Assembly: GCA_963664815.2 (NCBI GenBank)
Contig: CAXXHB010000003.1
Coordinates: 1,216,001 to 1,280,000 of the forward strand
Origin: Spirochaetota bacterium
Lineage (GTDB): Bacteria; Spirochaetota; UBA4802; UBA5550
Length of the DNA: 64,000 nucleotides
Direction: 5' to 3'
Shown here: positions 41,381-51,758 of the stretch, one piece after another
How the letters are laid out: every line of letters begins with the position of its first letter
Position numbering within the stretch: the first letter of the stretch is position 1
Position numbers and translations under genes: made by a program
Notes under the pieces: model-generated
Database searches by the model: none
What the model was told of the DNA's origin: nothing
Seen by the model: only the letters and a program-made list of their open reading frames with translations

Positions 41381-43246
41381 ATGTCTCAGACTTCCCTGAA
41401 AGTCAAGATGCTTGAAGCATTCCGTAAAAGAATGCTTATATTCATCATTTGTGTTTCCTCTGCTTTTGCAATTCTGGCTCTGCAACTTGTCAACCTTCAG
41501 CTGATTCACGGTAAGGAATATAGTCTCAGAGCAACTATGAATATGGAGAATAATATACCTATTCCAGCGCCTAGGGGAGAGATATATGACAGGCATTTTG
41601 TAAAGGGAGTTTCAGGGACAGTTATTGTTTCAAACCGCCCTTCATTTAACCTGACTACAATACCTGAACATTTCAAGTCAGATCCTGAGTTAAAGGAGGT
41701 GCTGACAAGGCTTTCAAGGGTTGTGGAAATTAATCCGGAGGATGTTTTTGATGAAATTAAAAGCTCCAATCCATGGGAAAGGTTTCTGCTTAAAGATGAC
41801 GTAACATTTGATGTTGTAGAGAAAGTTGCATCACATAAAAATTCATTTCCAAACATTCACTGGGAGGATGCGCCGGTGAGGGTTTATAATTATGGTGAGA
41901 TGTTTGCTCATGCTGTCGGTTACACCGGCAGCCTGAACAAGGATGAATATAACAGTCTTAAAGCTCAGGGGTATAAATATTACCAGAGTATTGGGAAAGC
42001 GGGTATTGAAAAACAGTATGATAAGCTGCTCAGGGGGGAAGATGGATTTATACGCAGAGTTGTGGATGTAAACAACAGAACTGAAAATGAAGAGGTAGGG
42101 CAGACTCCTTTCAGTGGAAACAACATTGCTATGACTATTGACTATGAAATACAACAAGCTGCTTTTAATGCTCTTGGGGAAAATTATGGGACTGTAATTG
42201 TATTGAAGCCTTCAACCGGTGAAATTATCGCATTAATCAGCAAACCCGGTTTTGATCCGAATGCAATTATTTCAAAAGATAATTCACAAATAATAAAGGA
42301 TTTAAATGCAGATCCCAAAAAACCATTTTTAAACAGATCTATTCAATCAAGATATCCCCCGGCTTCAACATTTAAACTTGTAACTGCCATAGCAGCTCTT
42401 GAAACAGAAAAAACCTACGCGGATAAAACTTATTACTGTTCGGGGAAGTATACACTTAAGGGTTATGTAGATCATGATTTTTACTGTTTCAGGCCTCATG
42501 ATACACTTAACCTTTATTGGGCAATAGGTAAGTCGTGCAGTGTTTATTTTTATAATCTGGGTATGAGTGTCGGTCCCAGTATGATAATGAAGTATGCTGC
42601 CTATCTTGGGTTAAATGAAATTACAGGTATTGATATTCCGGGTGAAATCTCAGGATTTATACCGTCTCAGAGATGGAAGCTTAAAACATTCGGGCAGCCC
42701 TGGTTTGATGGGGATACTATAAACATGTCAATCGGGCAGGGATTTCTCGCTGTAACTCCAATAGAAATGGCAAATATGATGTGCGGCGTAGTAAATAATG
42801 GCATTGTGTATAAACCGTATATTGTTAAGCAGATTTTTTCACCTGATAACAGAACCGTAATAAGTGAAACAAAGAAGGAAAAGTTACGAGAAATCCCTCT
42901 TGCTCCGACCACTATTAATACTATAAAGCAGGGTATGAGATATGGTGCACAGGGTGGAACATCTTCCCTGCTTAATCATTTTAAAATACCTGTTGCCGGA
43001 AAAACCGGAACCGCACAGACAAGATCAAACAGGAAGGAAAATGTATCTCAGCATGCTTGGTTTCTGGGATTTGCACCATTCATTGAGGGGGAGACAACAG
43101 AAGATTCTATAGTAGTTCTTGTTTTTATTGAATATGGGCAGTGGGGAGCGGTTGCAGCAGTTCCCGTAGCAGAAAAAATATTTGGTAAACTGATTCAACA
43201 GGGATATTTTAAAAATCAGGAAAAAGAAATTACTCCAAGGAAGTAG
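41381..43246 (+). CDS. mrdA: Penicillin-binding protein 2
   Basis: PAPRGEIYDR, PPASTFK (SxxK), KTG. Confidence 0.96.
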   Translation: MSQTSLKVKMLEAFRKRMLIFIICVSSAFAILALQLVNLQLIHGKEYSLRATMNMENNIPIPAPRGEIYDRHFVKGVSGTVIVSNRPSFNLTTIPEHFKSDPELKEVLTRLSRVVEINPEDVFDEIKSSNPWERFLLKDDVTFDVVEKVASHKNSFPNIHWEDAPVRVYNYGEMFAHAVGYTGSLNKDEYNSLKAQGYKYYQSIGKAGIEKQYDKLLRGEDGFIRRVVDVNNRTENEEVGQTPFSGNNIAMTIDYEIQQAAFNALGENYGTVIVLKPSTGEIIALISKPGFDPNAIISKDNSQIIKDLNADPKKPFLNRSIQSRYPPASTFKLVTAIAALETEKTYADKTYYCSGKYTLKGYVDHDFYCFRPHDTLNLYWAIGKSCSVYFYNLGMSVGPSMIMKYAAYLGLNEITGIDIPGEISGFIPSQRWKLKTFGQPWFDGDTINMSIGQGFLAVTPIEMANMMCGVVNNGIVYKPYIVKQIFSPDNRTVISETKKEKLREIPLAPTTINTIKQGMRYGAQGGTSSLLNHFKIPVAGKTGTAQTRSNRKENVSQHAWFLGFAPFIEGETTEDSIVVLVFIEYGQWGAVAAVPVAEKIFGKLIQQGYFKNQEKEITPRK

Positions 43247-43249
43247 CTG

Positions 43250-44566
43250 ATGTTTAACAGAGATTTTTTCAATAAAATGGATGTTGTTCTGATTGGTGCG
43301 GTATTCCTGTGTATTATATTCGGCATTTTGATGATATATAGTGCGGGTTTTGATCCTGCGGCAGCTGCTAATAAAGGATTATATAAAAAACAGATAATCT
43401 GGTTTATTATAGGCATTGTTTTCATGGCAGGTATGTCTATTATTAATTACAGAATACTGGGTGATTATGCTTTATCTATTTATGCTTTTTTTATCTTTAT
43501 ATTACTGGTAACTACAATTTTTGGGCGGCCTATTCGCGGCACATCGGCATGGCTTACCTTCGGAATTTTCTCTATTCAGCCTTCAGAGTTTATGAAACTC
43601 AGTGTGGTGATTCTTCTTGCCAAATTTCTTGAACTTCGGGAAAGGGATATCAAGAATTTCAGGGAACTCCTGATTCCGTCATTAATAACATTTATTCCGG
43701 TTTTAATAATATTAAAACAGCCCGATTTCGGGACGGCCGCGATTTTTATTCCAGTATTATTTACAATGCTTTTTTTGGGTGGAGCGGATGTATCGCATCT
43801 TGTTTCAATTATTTTAATTGCAGTAATTGCGCTTGTTTTTCCTATGCTTTTAACATACTGGGAATGGGCAGGTTATAAGGGTGGGAATTTTTTAGTTCAA
43901 TTGTTTGTTCATGTTGATGTGCTTTTTACAGTAGCAGGCATTCTGCTTCTGACGGCTGTATCAGCTTTTATTACTCATTACTTTGTAAATAAAAGTTTTT
44001 TAAGAAGGATTTATATTCCGGCAACTGTTGTTTCACTGGGACTTTTTTTATCTGTAGTAATTCAGAAATGGTTTAAAGATTATCAGAAAAAAAGAATACT
44101 TGTGTTTCTAAATCCAGATCTGGATCCTCATGGTTCCGGTTATAATATAATTCAGTCTAAGGTTGCTATCGGTTCAGGCGGTTTCCTGGGAAAGGGGTTT
44201 GTTCATGGAACACAAACTCAGCTTGGTTTTCTTCCGGAAAAAACTTCTGATTTTATCTTTGCAGTTGTTGCTGAAGAACTCGGTTTTATAGGGGCTATTA
44301 TTCTTCTGATACTCCTCGGCATAATAATCTATCGGGGAATTCAAATTGCACTTGAAACAAAAGATAAATTCGGAGCATTACTTGCAATAGGTATTATTTC
44401 CATTCTGTTTTTCCATATATTGGTAAATATAGGTATGGTAATAGGTATTATGCCGGTTACAGGTCTTCCCCTTTCGTTTTTTTCATACGGAGGTTCTAAC
44501 CTTTTCATGATAATGATGGGGATTGGAATTCTTAATAATATAAATATGAATAAATCTTTATATTAG
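43250..44566 (+). CDS. rodA: SEDS peptidoglycan polymerase RodA
   Basis: QPSEFMK, QPDFGT, AIGSGG, PVTGLPL..SYGGS. Confidence 0.96.
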   Translation: MFNRDFFNKMDVVLIGAVFLCIIFGILMIYSAGFDPAAAANKGLYKKQIIWFIIGIVFMAGMSIINYRILGDYALSIYAFFIFILLVTTIFGRPIRGTSAWLTFGIFSIQPSEFMKLSVVILLAKFLELRERDIKNFRELLIPSLITFIPVLIILKQPDFGTAAIFIPVLFTMLFLGGADVSHLVSIILIAVIALVFPMLLTYWEWAGYKGGNFLVQLFVHVDVLFTVAGILLLTAVSAFITHYFVNKSFLRRIYIPATVVSLGLFLSVVIQKWFKDYQKKRILVFLNPDLDPHGSGYNIIQSKVAIGSGGFLGKGFVHGTQTQLGFLPEKTSDFIFAVVAEELGFIGAIILLILLGIIIYRGIQIALETKDKFGALLAIGIISILFFHILVNIGMVIGIMPVTGLPLSFFSYGGSNLFMIMMGIGILNNINMNKSLY

Positions 44567-44771
44567 TTTTGTGTACTACCCGTCAAATCTCCACGCTTTA
44601 GCTCTTATTTGATAAACAAAAGACTGCTTTTTTTTTAATTTCAATTCAGTAAAATCTGTTCTTTAACGATAATAGACATTAAGAAGCATATATATTTGCA
44701 CTCTATAAATGGCAGTTATATTATATATTGCCGTTTTTAATTTGTTAGTTAATTATTCAAAGGAGTAATTG

Positions 44772-46271
44772 ATGTTTGATCAGACAAAAGTAAATCATAA
44801 AAGTTTTATAAATCCTGTAAAGATTCCGGAAAGGGAGATAAGGGAAGAATCTTCACAAAAAACAAGCAATGAATTTTTTTCGATGATCATGAATACATTA
44901 GAAATTAGCGACAGGAATAGTAGGGTTGATAATAATCAAAAGTCAGGGGAACAAAAGAATGAAGTGGAAGTTGAGTTGTCAAACAATGAGCAGATCAATT
45001 CTTCACAGAAAAATTCAGGAATTTACGATACTTTAACCCGTAAAGAAAATTCATCTAATGGAAATAATGATAAAGTGAAAGAAAATTCATCGGATGGATA
45101 TAATGACAATGTAAAAGAAAGCAGGGTGTCTGAAAATAAAATCGAAATAAGCAAGGATGTATCTCCTAAAGATATAAAAGATAAGAGTCAGATCTCTTTA
45201 AAAGATATTAAAGATAAAGAAGGAAAAATTAAAAATCATGATGAAGAGAAAACTATATTAAACCAGTTTAATATTAATATTAAAAATATTATGGAAATAC
45301 TGAGATCTGCTTTTAACGGAAATAAAAAAGCGGAAGAAGAAAATTTTCAGAAATTATTCAGTAATTTTAAACATAAAACTGATAAAGATAATTCATATAA
45401 AGGCATGAAAAAGATTGATGCTGGTAACAATCATAAAACATCAAATGAATTTTCAGAATTACAGTCGAAAAACTTTAAAGAAATAATCACCAGAGAATTG
45501 TTTAAAGCAATTGAAAGCAAAAAATCAGGCGGTAAACAAATTAAACTGACGGACAGTGAGTTGAAAGAACTGGCGGTTAATATAATTAATAATTTAAAGA
45601 AAAGCAGAGTAAATGAGGTAGTTAAACACGAAATTCGAAATTCAAATGATGATAATAAAAATGAAAAAAAACCTGTTATTTCCGTTGATCAGCAGTTGCT
45701 GAAAAAAAGTGAGATCAGGGATGATGCATCTTTTGATAAAAATGGAGCCAGAGATAAAAATCAGGGGAAAGAAAACTTCAACTTTAATAACAGCAGAATA
45801 GATTTTCAAACAAAATCAGCTTTTGAACGCTTAGAACTGAACAATAAAATGCCCGATTTCAAGGAAAACCTTCAGGAAATTATAGATAAGGCAAAAGTTA
45901 CCATTCGAGACAACCGTAATGGCGCGTTTACAGTGAGATTAAATCCTCAGGAACTTGGAAATGTAAATGTTAACTTGATTATGGAAAATGGTGTAATCAC
46001 CGGGAAGTTTCTTGTCGATAATGAAGATGTTAAGAGTATGCTTGTCAGCAGTCTTAATGATCTGAAGTACCAGCTGGAGGAGGCAGGCATATCAGTTGGT
46101 GATTTCAGTGTAAATGTAAATGATCAGCGTGAAAAATATCTGAGGCAGAAAGATGAAGAGAAGTTTAACAAATTATCAATAGTTAATTCAGAAAAAGATT
46201 TAATGGCCGCTACCGACCAGTATAATTCAGGCAGTGAGACATATACCGGCCATATCAATATGATAATATAG
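44772..46271 (+). CDS. fliK: Flagellar hook-length control protein
   Basis: Low-complexity N-terminus; C-terminal RLNPQELGNVNV...L..L...LEEAGI; upstream of flgD-flgE. Confidence 0.88.
   Translation: MFDQTKVNHKSFINPVKIPEREIREESSQKTSNEFFSMIMNTLEISDRNSRVDNNQKSGEQKNEVEVELSNNEQINSSQKNSGIYDTLTRKENSSNGNNDKVKENSSDGYNDNVKESRVSENKIEISKDVSPKDIKDKSQISLKDIKDKEGKIKNHDEEKTILNQFNINIKNIMEILRSAFNGNKKAEEENFQKLFSNFKHKTDKDNSYKGMKKIDAGNNHKTSNEFSELQSKNFKEIITRELFKAIESKKSGGKQIKLTDSELKELAVNIINNLKKSRVNEVVKHEIRNSNDDNKNEKKPVISVDQQLLKKSEIRDDASFDKNGARDKNQGKENFNFNNSRIDFQTKSAFERLELNNKMPDFKENLQEIIDKAKVTIRDNRNGAFTVRLNPQELGNVNVNLIMENGVITGKFLVDNEDVKSMLVSSLNDLKYQLEEAGISVGDFSVNVNDQREKYLRQKDEEKFNKLSIVNSEKDLMAATDQYNSGSETYTGHINMII
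45042..45120 (+). repeat. 36-bp in-frame tandem duplication in fliK
   Basis: KENSSNGNNDKV / KENSSDGYNDNV / KE. Confidence 0.75.
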
Positions 46272-46281
46272 GAGTAATTGT

Positions 46282-46737
46282 ATGCAGGTTTATGAAATGA
46301 CAGCATTTGAAAAAGCCAATACTGCCATGCAGGCTAATGAGGTTAATAAAAAAAATAAAACAGGTGAGCCTGGTGAAAAGAGCGGACTTGGAAAAGATTC
46401 TTTTCTTAAGCTGCTTGTCACAGAGCTTCGTCATCAGGATCCGACAAAACCGATGGAAGACAAGGAATTTATTGCACAGATGGCTCAGTTTTCAAGTCTT
46501 GAGCAGATGTCAAATCTGAATAAAGAAATGAAGAACCTTGTAAGCAGTTCTAAATCTGCGGAGGCTTATGGTATATTGGGAAGAGACATTGATGCTTACG
46601 ATCCTGTGCAAAAAAAACAGGTGCGGGGAACTGTAAACTCAGTATTCTACAAAGGGGAAGAACTGATGATTGGAGTGGGAAAAGAGGAAGTTTCCATTAA
46701 AAATATTCATTCAGTAAATGTAAAAGAAAATAAATAA
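46282..46737 (+). CDS. flgD: Flagellar hook capping protein
   Basis: LGKDSFLKLLVTELRHQDPTKPM...QMAQFSSLEQM. Confidence 0.96.
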   Translation: MQVYEMTAFEKANTAMQANEVNKKNKTGEPGEKSGLGKDSFLKLLVTELRHQDPTKPMEDKEFIAQMAQFSSLEQMSNLNKEMKNLVSSSKSAEAYGILGRDIDAYDPVQKKQVRGTVNSVFYKGEELMIGVGKEEVSIKNIHSVNVKENK

Positions 46738-46796
46738 GCTGCTGAAATGGAAATTTTTAAAGCAGACGATAATATTAAAAAAAGGAGTTATCTGAT

Positions 46797-48170
46797 ATGA
46801 TGCGTTCACTTTTTGCCGGTGTTTCAGGTTTGAAAAATCATCAGACAAGGATGGATGTTGTAGGTCACAATATATCGAATGTCAATACATATGGATATAA
46901 AACACAGAGGGTTACTTTTCAGGATATGTTGTCACAGACTATGGCAGGAGCCGCAAAACCGGATGAAAATAAGGGGGGTATCAATCCAAAGCAGGTTGGG
47001 CTGGGTATGACCATTGCTTCAATTGACAGGATTTTCACTCAGGGGAGTCTTCAGACTACAGGTAACCAGACTGATGTTGCGATTTCAGGTGATGGATTTT
47101 TTGTGGTTGCTGATGGGGAAAAAAACTTTTACACAAGATCCGGTACATTTGGTATTGATAAAAATGGGACGCTTGTAAATCCATCGAATGGATTGAAAGT
47201 ACAGGGGTGGATGGCCACTACTGATGCAAATGGACAAAAAATTGTAAGGGCAAACGGAGCAACAGAAGATATTATTGTTCCGGTTTATGGAAAAATTGAA
47301 GCTAAAGAAACAAATAATATAAGATACAAATGCAATCTTGATTCAAGAGCCGGTATAGTTCCCCAGGGTGCAAACGCAAAAATGAGAGCTTCGGCTGCAA
47401 TAACAACAAGTATAGATACCTATGATAAGAAGGGTGGAGAACACAGGCTTACAATGACATTCTGGAAGACGGGATTTAACCAGTGGACAGCATCAGCGGC
47501 AATTACAGGTGCAAACAGCCCAGTGACTCTTGATGTTCCGGCAGGGGGCGGACAAAACAATCAGGCCAACCCTTCAAGCAGAATAAATCTGAGGTTTTCC
47601 CCTGATGGGAAATTGATCTCTGTTGGAGATGGCTCAAGTCCTGACGAACTGAATCAGGGAACTCTTACCGTAAATGCAAACTACAGGGTTGAAGGGGATC
47701 CTAATGTAAGACAAATTGCATTAAATCTCGGAGAGGCAGGGGTTCTGTCCGGTATTACACAGTTTTCTTCAGGTTCAACAACAAAAGCTGTTGAGCAGGA
47801 TGGATATGCTATGGGGTATATGGAAACGTTTAATATAGATAATTCCGGTTTGATAACCGGTGTATTTTCAAATGGGACAAAACAGAGCATAGGGCAGATG
47901 GCGATGGCTGTATTTGCCAATCCACAGGGACTTTTAGCCTCAGGTGAAAACCGTTTTGAAGTATCAAACAACTCCGGGATACCGAATGTAGGAGCAGCAT
48001 CTGAAGCAGGAAGGGGAAAAATCATTGCCGGAACACTTGAAATGTCAAATGTTGATTTGTCTGACCAGTTTACTGACATGATTGTAACACAAAGAGGTTT
48101 CCAGGCAAATTCAAGAACCATAACAACTGCAGATCAGATGTTACAGGAAATAATTTCACTTAAGAGATAA
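46797..48170 (+). CDS. flgE: Flagellar hook protein
   Basis: MMRSLFAGVSGL, NISNVNT, LEMSNVDL..QRGFQANSR. Confidence 0.97.
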   Translation: MMRSLFAGVSGLKNHQTRMDVVGHNISNVNTYGYKTQRVTFQDMLSQTMAGAAKPDENKGGINPKQVGLGMTIASIDRIFTQGSLQTTGNQTDVAISGDGFFVVADGEKNFYTRSGTFGIDKNGTLVNPSNGLKVQGWMATTDANGQKIVRANGATEDIIVPVYGKIEAKETNNIRYKCNLDSRAGIVPQGANAKMRASAAITTSIDTYDKKGGEHRLTMTFWKTGFNQWTASAAITGANSPVTLDVPAGGGQNNQANPSSRINLRFSPDGKLISVGDGSSPDELNQGTLTVNANYRVEGDPNVRQIALNLGEAGVLSGITQFSSGSTTKAVEQDGYAMGYMETFNIDNSGLITGVFSNGTKQSIGQMAMAVFANPQGLLASGENRFEVSNNSGIPNVGAASEAGRGKIIAGTLEMSNVDLSDQFTDMIVTQRGFQANSRTITTADQMLQEIISLKR

Positions 48171-48195
48171 TAATTAAATAATTCATATATAAATT

Positions 48196-48228
48196 AGAAA
48201 AAACCCCAGTTTTAAAGGGGTTTTTTCT
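48196..48228 (+). terminator. Intrinsic terminator after flgE
   Basis: agaaaaaacccc-agttttaaa-ggggttttttct. Confidence 0.8.
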
Positions 48229-48387
48229 TTCTTATGCCGGAAGTAATTTTTTTTTCTTGACTGTTTATTTATATTTTTTTTAGTTGAGTATTGTTGTTTT
48301 GTATTAAATAATTACTACAATTTCCCATGATAATGCAATATTATGTATTATGTCTTATAATTTACTGAATTTCCAAGGAGTATTTTA

Positions 48388-48669
48388 ATGTCCAAAGAGA
48401 AAATTTTCTGCTCAAATTGTATGCAGTGTATAGTAATCAGACAATATGAATCTGAGCCTGACAGGTATGTTTTAAGAGTAAAGTGTTTAAAAAAACAGTG
48501 GTCAAAAAGATCGGGTGAGGAGAAGCTTTATAAGTATTTCACTGTTGCAAGAAGAATAATGGATGAGTGTGAATACTACGAAGAATGCGGCGAACTGTTT
48601 CCATATATTAAAAATCTTAGAAAAGAACTGCCAATAAAGGATGAGATTTATTCCACTAAGGACGCATAA
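48388..48669 (+). CDS. Small Cys-containing conserved hypothetical protein
   Basis: AAGGAG RBS; CxxCxxC...C...C pattern. Confidence 0.8.
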   Translation: MSKEKIFCSNCMQCIVIRQYESEPDRYVLRVKCLKKQWSKRSGEEKLYKYFTVARRIMDECEYYEECGELFPYIKNLRKELPIKDEIYSTKDA

Positions 48670-48841
48670 TCATCATTAGTCTCTTCTGAGGTGGATTTAT
48701 CCACTTCAGAAGAAAACTCCAGATAAAACATGTAAATTGAAAACCTGTAAATTTTTCAGACACGTTATTAGAATAATAGCAGTGGTATTATTTATTGGAT
48801 AATACATGGAAAGATACTTTACAATATTATCCTGCTGAGTT

Positions 48842-48876
48842 TAGTATCATAAAGAATTGAATTCTTTATGATACTA
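48842..48876. repeat. Perfect 35-bp palindrome upstream of thyX
   Basis: tagtatcataaagaatt-g-aattctttatgatacta. Confidence 0.9.
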
Positions 48877-48932
48877 TTTAGAAAATTAAAGGATAATAAA
48901 TATAGAAAGTAATCAAGTATGAGGAGTTTGAA

Positions 48933-49568
48933 ATGGAAATTCATCAGCCTGTTGTTCATCTTTTAGCAATTACTCCCGACGCTGAAAAATTGATTGAAGA
49001 GGCAGGACGTACCTGTTACCTCTCATTAGCAAAAATGACCGATGATAGTGAAAAGAATTTCATAAGGAGTGCTATCAAACGAGGACATCATTCAATACTT
49101 GAACATGCCACTGCTTCTTTCAGAATTTTAGGTGCATCAAGAACTTTTACGCACCAGATTGTGAGACATAGAATTGCCAGCTTTTCACAGCAGTCTCAGA
49201 GATATGTCGATGAGGCTGAATTCAACTATATTGTACCTCCTGAAATAAATTTAAACAACGAAGCGCTGAATGTTTACAGGGAGTTTATTGAATATTCACG
49301 GGAAACATATAACAAGCTTCGTGAATTAGGAATAAAAAAAGAGAATGCAAGATTTATTCTTCCAAATGCGCTGGAAAGCCAGATTGTTTTTTCGGCTAAT
49401 TTCAGAGAATTCAGAACAGTTTTTAACGTAAGGCTTGAGAAAGCAGCTCAGTGGGAAATTCGCAGGGTTTGTATGCAGATGCTTATTGCTCTCAAAGAAA
49501 AAGCTCCTTCTGTTTTTGGAGATTATGTTATTAATGAAGAGGATTGTACTGCTTATCCGGAGCTATGA
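48933..49568 (+). CDS. thyX: FAD-dependent thymidylate synthase
   Basis: GHHSILEH, RHRIASFSQQSQRY, ARFILP, AQWEIR. Confidence 0.97.
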   Translation: MEIHQPVVHLLAITPDAEKLIEEAGRTCYLSLAKMTDDSEKNFIRSAIKRGHHSILEHATASFRILGASRTFTHQIVRHRIASFSQQSQRYVDEAEFNYIVPPEINLNNEALNVYREFIEYSRETYNKLRELGIKKENARFILPNALESQIVFSANFREFRTVFNVRLEKAAQWEIRRVCMQMLIALKEKAPSVFGDYVINEEDCTAYPEL

Positions 49569-49714
49569 TTAAATAACTTGACTAAAATATGCAGTTATAA
49601 TACTAAATTGTTGTAGTGGACAATTGAATTTTTTTCGTTTCCTTATTTTGAGAGTGGATAAATTATTCTTTATTCCTGGAGATTAGCTGACTATTAAAAT
49701 CTGGAGGATTATGG

Positions 49715-49984
49715 ATGAAAGAATTTATAATTTCATTGTCATGTTTGTTGTTGTTCTTTTTACTTCAATGTGCAGGTGAGCAGAAAAATGCTTCGGTACC
49801 TGCAGTAGTTGCATGCAAAGAAAGGTGCAGCACAACATTTGATGAATGTATAAAAAAAGCGTTAAAGAGTGATAATGTTGCAAAAAAAGCGGCGTGTGAA
49901 GCCGTAAAAAATAAATGTTACAATGATTGTGAGATTAATCCGGAAGGGAAACCGGCTCGTAAAGGTAAGCCTGTTAAAAAATAG
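49715..49984 (+). CDS. Small Cys-rich lipoprotein
   Basis: GGAGG RBS; lipobox LLQC; CxxxC-x6-C...C-x6-CxxxC. Confidence 0.8.
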   Translation: MKEFIISLSCLLLFFLLQCAGEQKNASVPAVVACKERCSTTFDECIKKALKSDNVAKKAACEAVKNKCYNDCEINPEGKPARKGKPVKK

Positions 49985-49999
49985 TAATATATATTGCCT

Positions 50000-50036
50000 G
50001 AATAAAAAATCCCGGGTTCCCCGGGATTTTTTATTC
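50000..50036. terminator. Bidirectional intrinsic terminator
   Basis: gaataaaaaatcccggg-ttc-cccgggattttttattc between convergent genes. Confidence 0.88.
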
Positions 50037-50056
50037 TATATAGAATTATTTACTGT

Positions 50057-50521
50057 TTATTTAAGTGCAATATTCATTTCCAGTTGCCCCATCGGGCTGT
50101 AAAGTGTAATTCCTAAGGTGGTCTGTTTTATCATTGTAATACTGAAATTTTTACCTTCAATTACTGTCGGTGTTGTAATATCAATAACTTTTCCTGTTGA
50201 GGCAAACAGGTTCATTGCATTACCAGTTATCATATTTGCAAGTTCACCGACGATGTCTTTAAATTCGTTTTTTATTTGTTCTTCGGATAGACCGGGAACC
50301 AGAACTGCTGCAATTTTTTCAACCATCGGATAGCTCATACTGTAGACAATTTCACCGGTAATTCCACCTGTAATACCAATTATAATCGCTATATCCATTG
50401 ATGGTAAAGGCGTATCTTTAATAATCAATTTACCTCTTCGAAGGTCTACGTTAAGTATTGATTTAAAAACAACACTTGCTGCTTCAAGAAAGGGATTAAT
50501 GTACTCAGCGTTTATACTCAT
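50057..50521 (-). CDS. cheX: Chemotaxis phosphatase CheX
   Basis: EYINPF, IGITG, GELANMITGNA (ExxN), DITTPT. Confidence 0.93.
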   Translation of the reverse strand: MSINAEYINPFLEAASVVFKSILNVDLRRGKLIIKDTPLPSMDIAIIIGITGGITGEIVYSMSYPMVEKIAAVLVPGLSEEQIKNEFKDIVGELANMITGNAMNLFASTGKVIDITTPTVIEGKNFSITMIKQTTLGITLYSPMGQLEMNIALK

Positions 50522-50580
50522 TCCGGTCGAGGCTCCTATTTATATTATATTGGATATATTACACTGTTGATTGAATATTA

Positions 50581-51714
50581 TCAATTAGTTTTTAAATTTT
50601 TTATTATTTTTGATTTTTCATTCATGACTTTTAATAAATTTCGTGTAATCATATTTGCACTTCCATAATTTCCTGCATCTGTTGCTTTTTTAATGATTTC
50701 TTCATCATGAGTTGCTGATGGTATTACTTTTTCTGAGGGTGAAAAAATATAAATACCTGAGCCATTCAGAATGGCAGGTGATGCCTGATTTTTTGTAAGC
50801 ATAAGACATTTGTCGGTGAAAATACCTGAATTATTCAACACAGTAATTATTTTAGGTTCTTTTTCATCCGATTTAACAGGCTCTCCAATTTTAAATTTTA
50901 AAGATTTAGAAACTTTTCCGTTGAGAATCGTGTTTGCGGCAGCAAATGAACCGCCGGAAGCGGAGATTGAATTTATTTTTTCTGCTAAATCATTTTTTAT
51001 TTTTTCAAGTTTCTTTTCTTCAAGCTGTTTCTTTATGCGTTCGCGGTCAGTAGTTGGATCTGAAATTTTTACATTATTGCTCCTTATTTCTGTATCTATT
51101 TCCGAGTCTGTCACTGCAGATTCAGAAATATATCTTTTTTTAAGCTCTTCTGTGCTAAGAAATGAATATTCTACCTGAATACTTGAATTATCGACAATGT
51201 TTTTTGTTAATGCGTCTTCTCTTGAAATTGCTCCGCCGATGCCAAGAAAGAATTTGTAATCATTTATAGTAAAATCTCTCTTGATCAGTTTTTCGAACTC
51301 TGCGAGATTCAATCTGCTGTTTTTAAGGAGTGCCTGAAAATATTCAGGGTCAAATTTTCCCGTTGATGGATTTTTAAACTCCTGTGAATTTTTAACGTAT
51401 CTTAAAATACGTTCCTCAGTAGGTTTAAAACCTGTTTTTTCTGCTTTTTGGATAAGCAGTAATTCAAGTATAAAGTTATCAAGAATGAAACTATCCATTT
51501 TCTGATTTCTGAACTGTGCAAATTTAGTGTCCCTATATCTTAGAAAATCTAAAATTGGAACTTTCTGCCCATTTACAATAGCAGCAACTGAACGATCGGT
51601 ATTACAGCCGGAAACATCAGGCATACCGAATGAGAGAATTATTATAAACAGGAAAAATCCTATTAAGAAATATCCTACATATTTTGAAAAAACATTTTTC
51701 TGGTCAAACATCAT
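50581..51714 (-). CDS. SurA N-terminal domain / PpiD-like membrane-anchored chaperone
   Basis: N-terminal TM, VAAIVNGQK, LLIQKAEK.G, F....GKFD. Confidence 0.8.
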   Translation of the reverse strand: MMFDQKNVFSKYVGYFLIGFFLFIIILSFGMPDVSGCNTDRSVAAIVNGQKVPILDFLRYRDTKFAQFRNQKMDSFILDNFILELLLIQKAEKTGFKPTEERILRYVKNSQEFKNPSTGKFDPEYFQALLKNSRLNLAEFEKLIKRDFTINDYKFFLGIGGAISREDALTKNIVDNSSIQVEYSFLSTEELKKRYISESAVTDSEIDTEIRSNNVKISDPTTDRERIKKQLEEKKLEKIKNDLAEKINSISASGGSFAAANTILNGKVSKSLKFKIGEPVKSDEKEPKIITVLNNSGIFTDKCLMLTKNQASPAILNGSGIYIFSPSEKVIPSATHDEEIIKKATDAGNYGSANMITRNLLKVMNEKSKIIKNLKTN

Positions 51715-51758
51715 AAACCTTCTTTCTCTTATATATTTTTCTTTGTAGTGAAAATGTA

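Noticed and set aside
44570-44665. Possible riboswitch, IS end or sigma28 promoter (..aacgataa) upstream of fliK
   Set aside because: Only partial matches; no complete aptamer core, partner inverted repeat or good -35 element.
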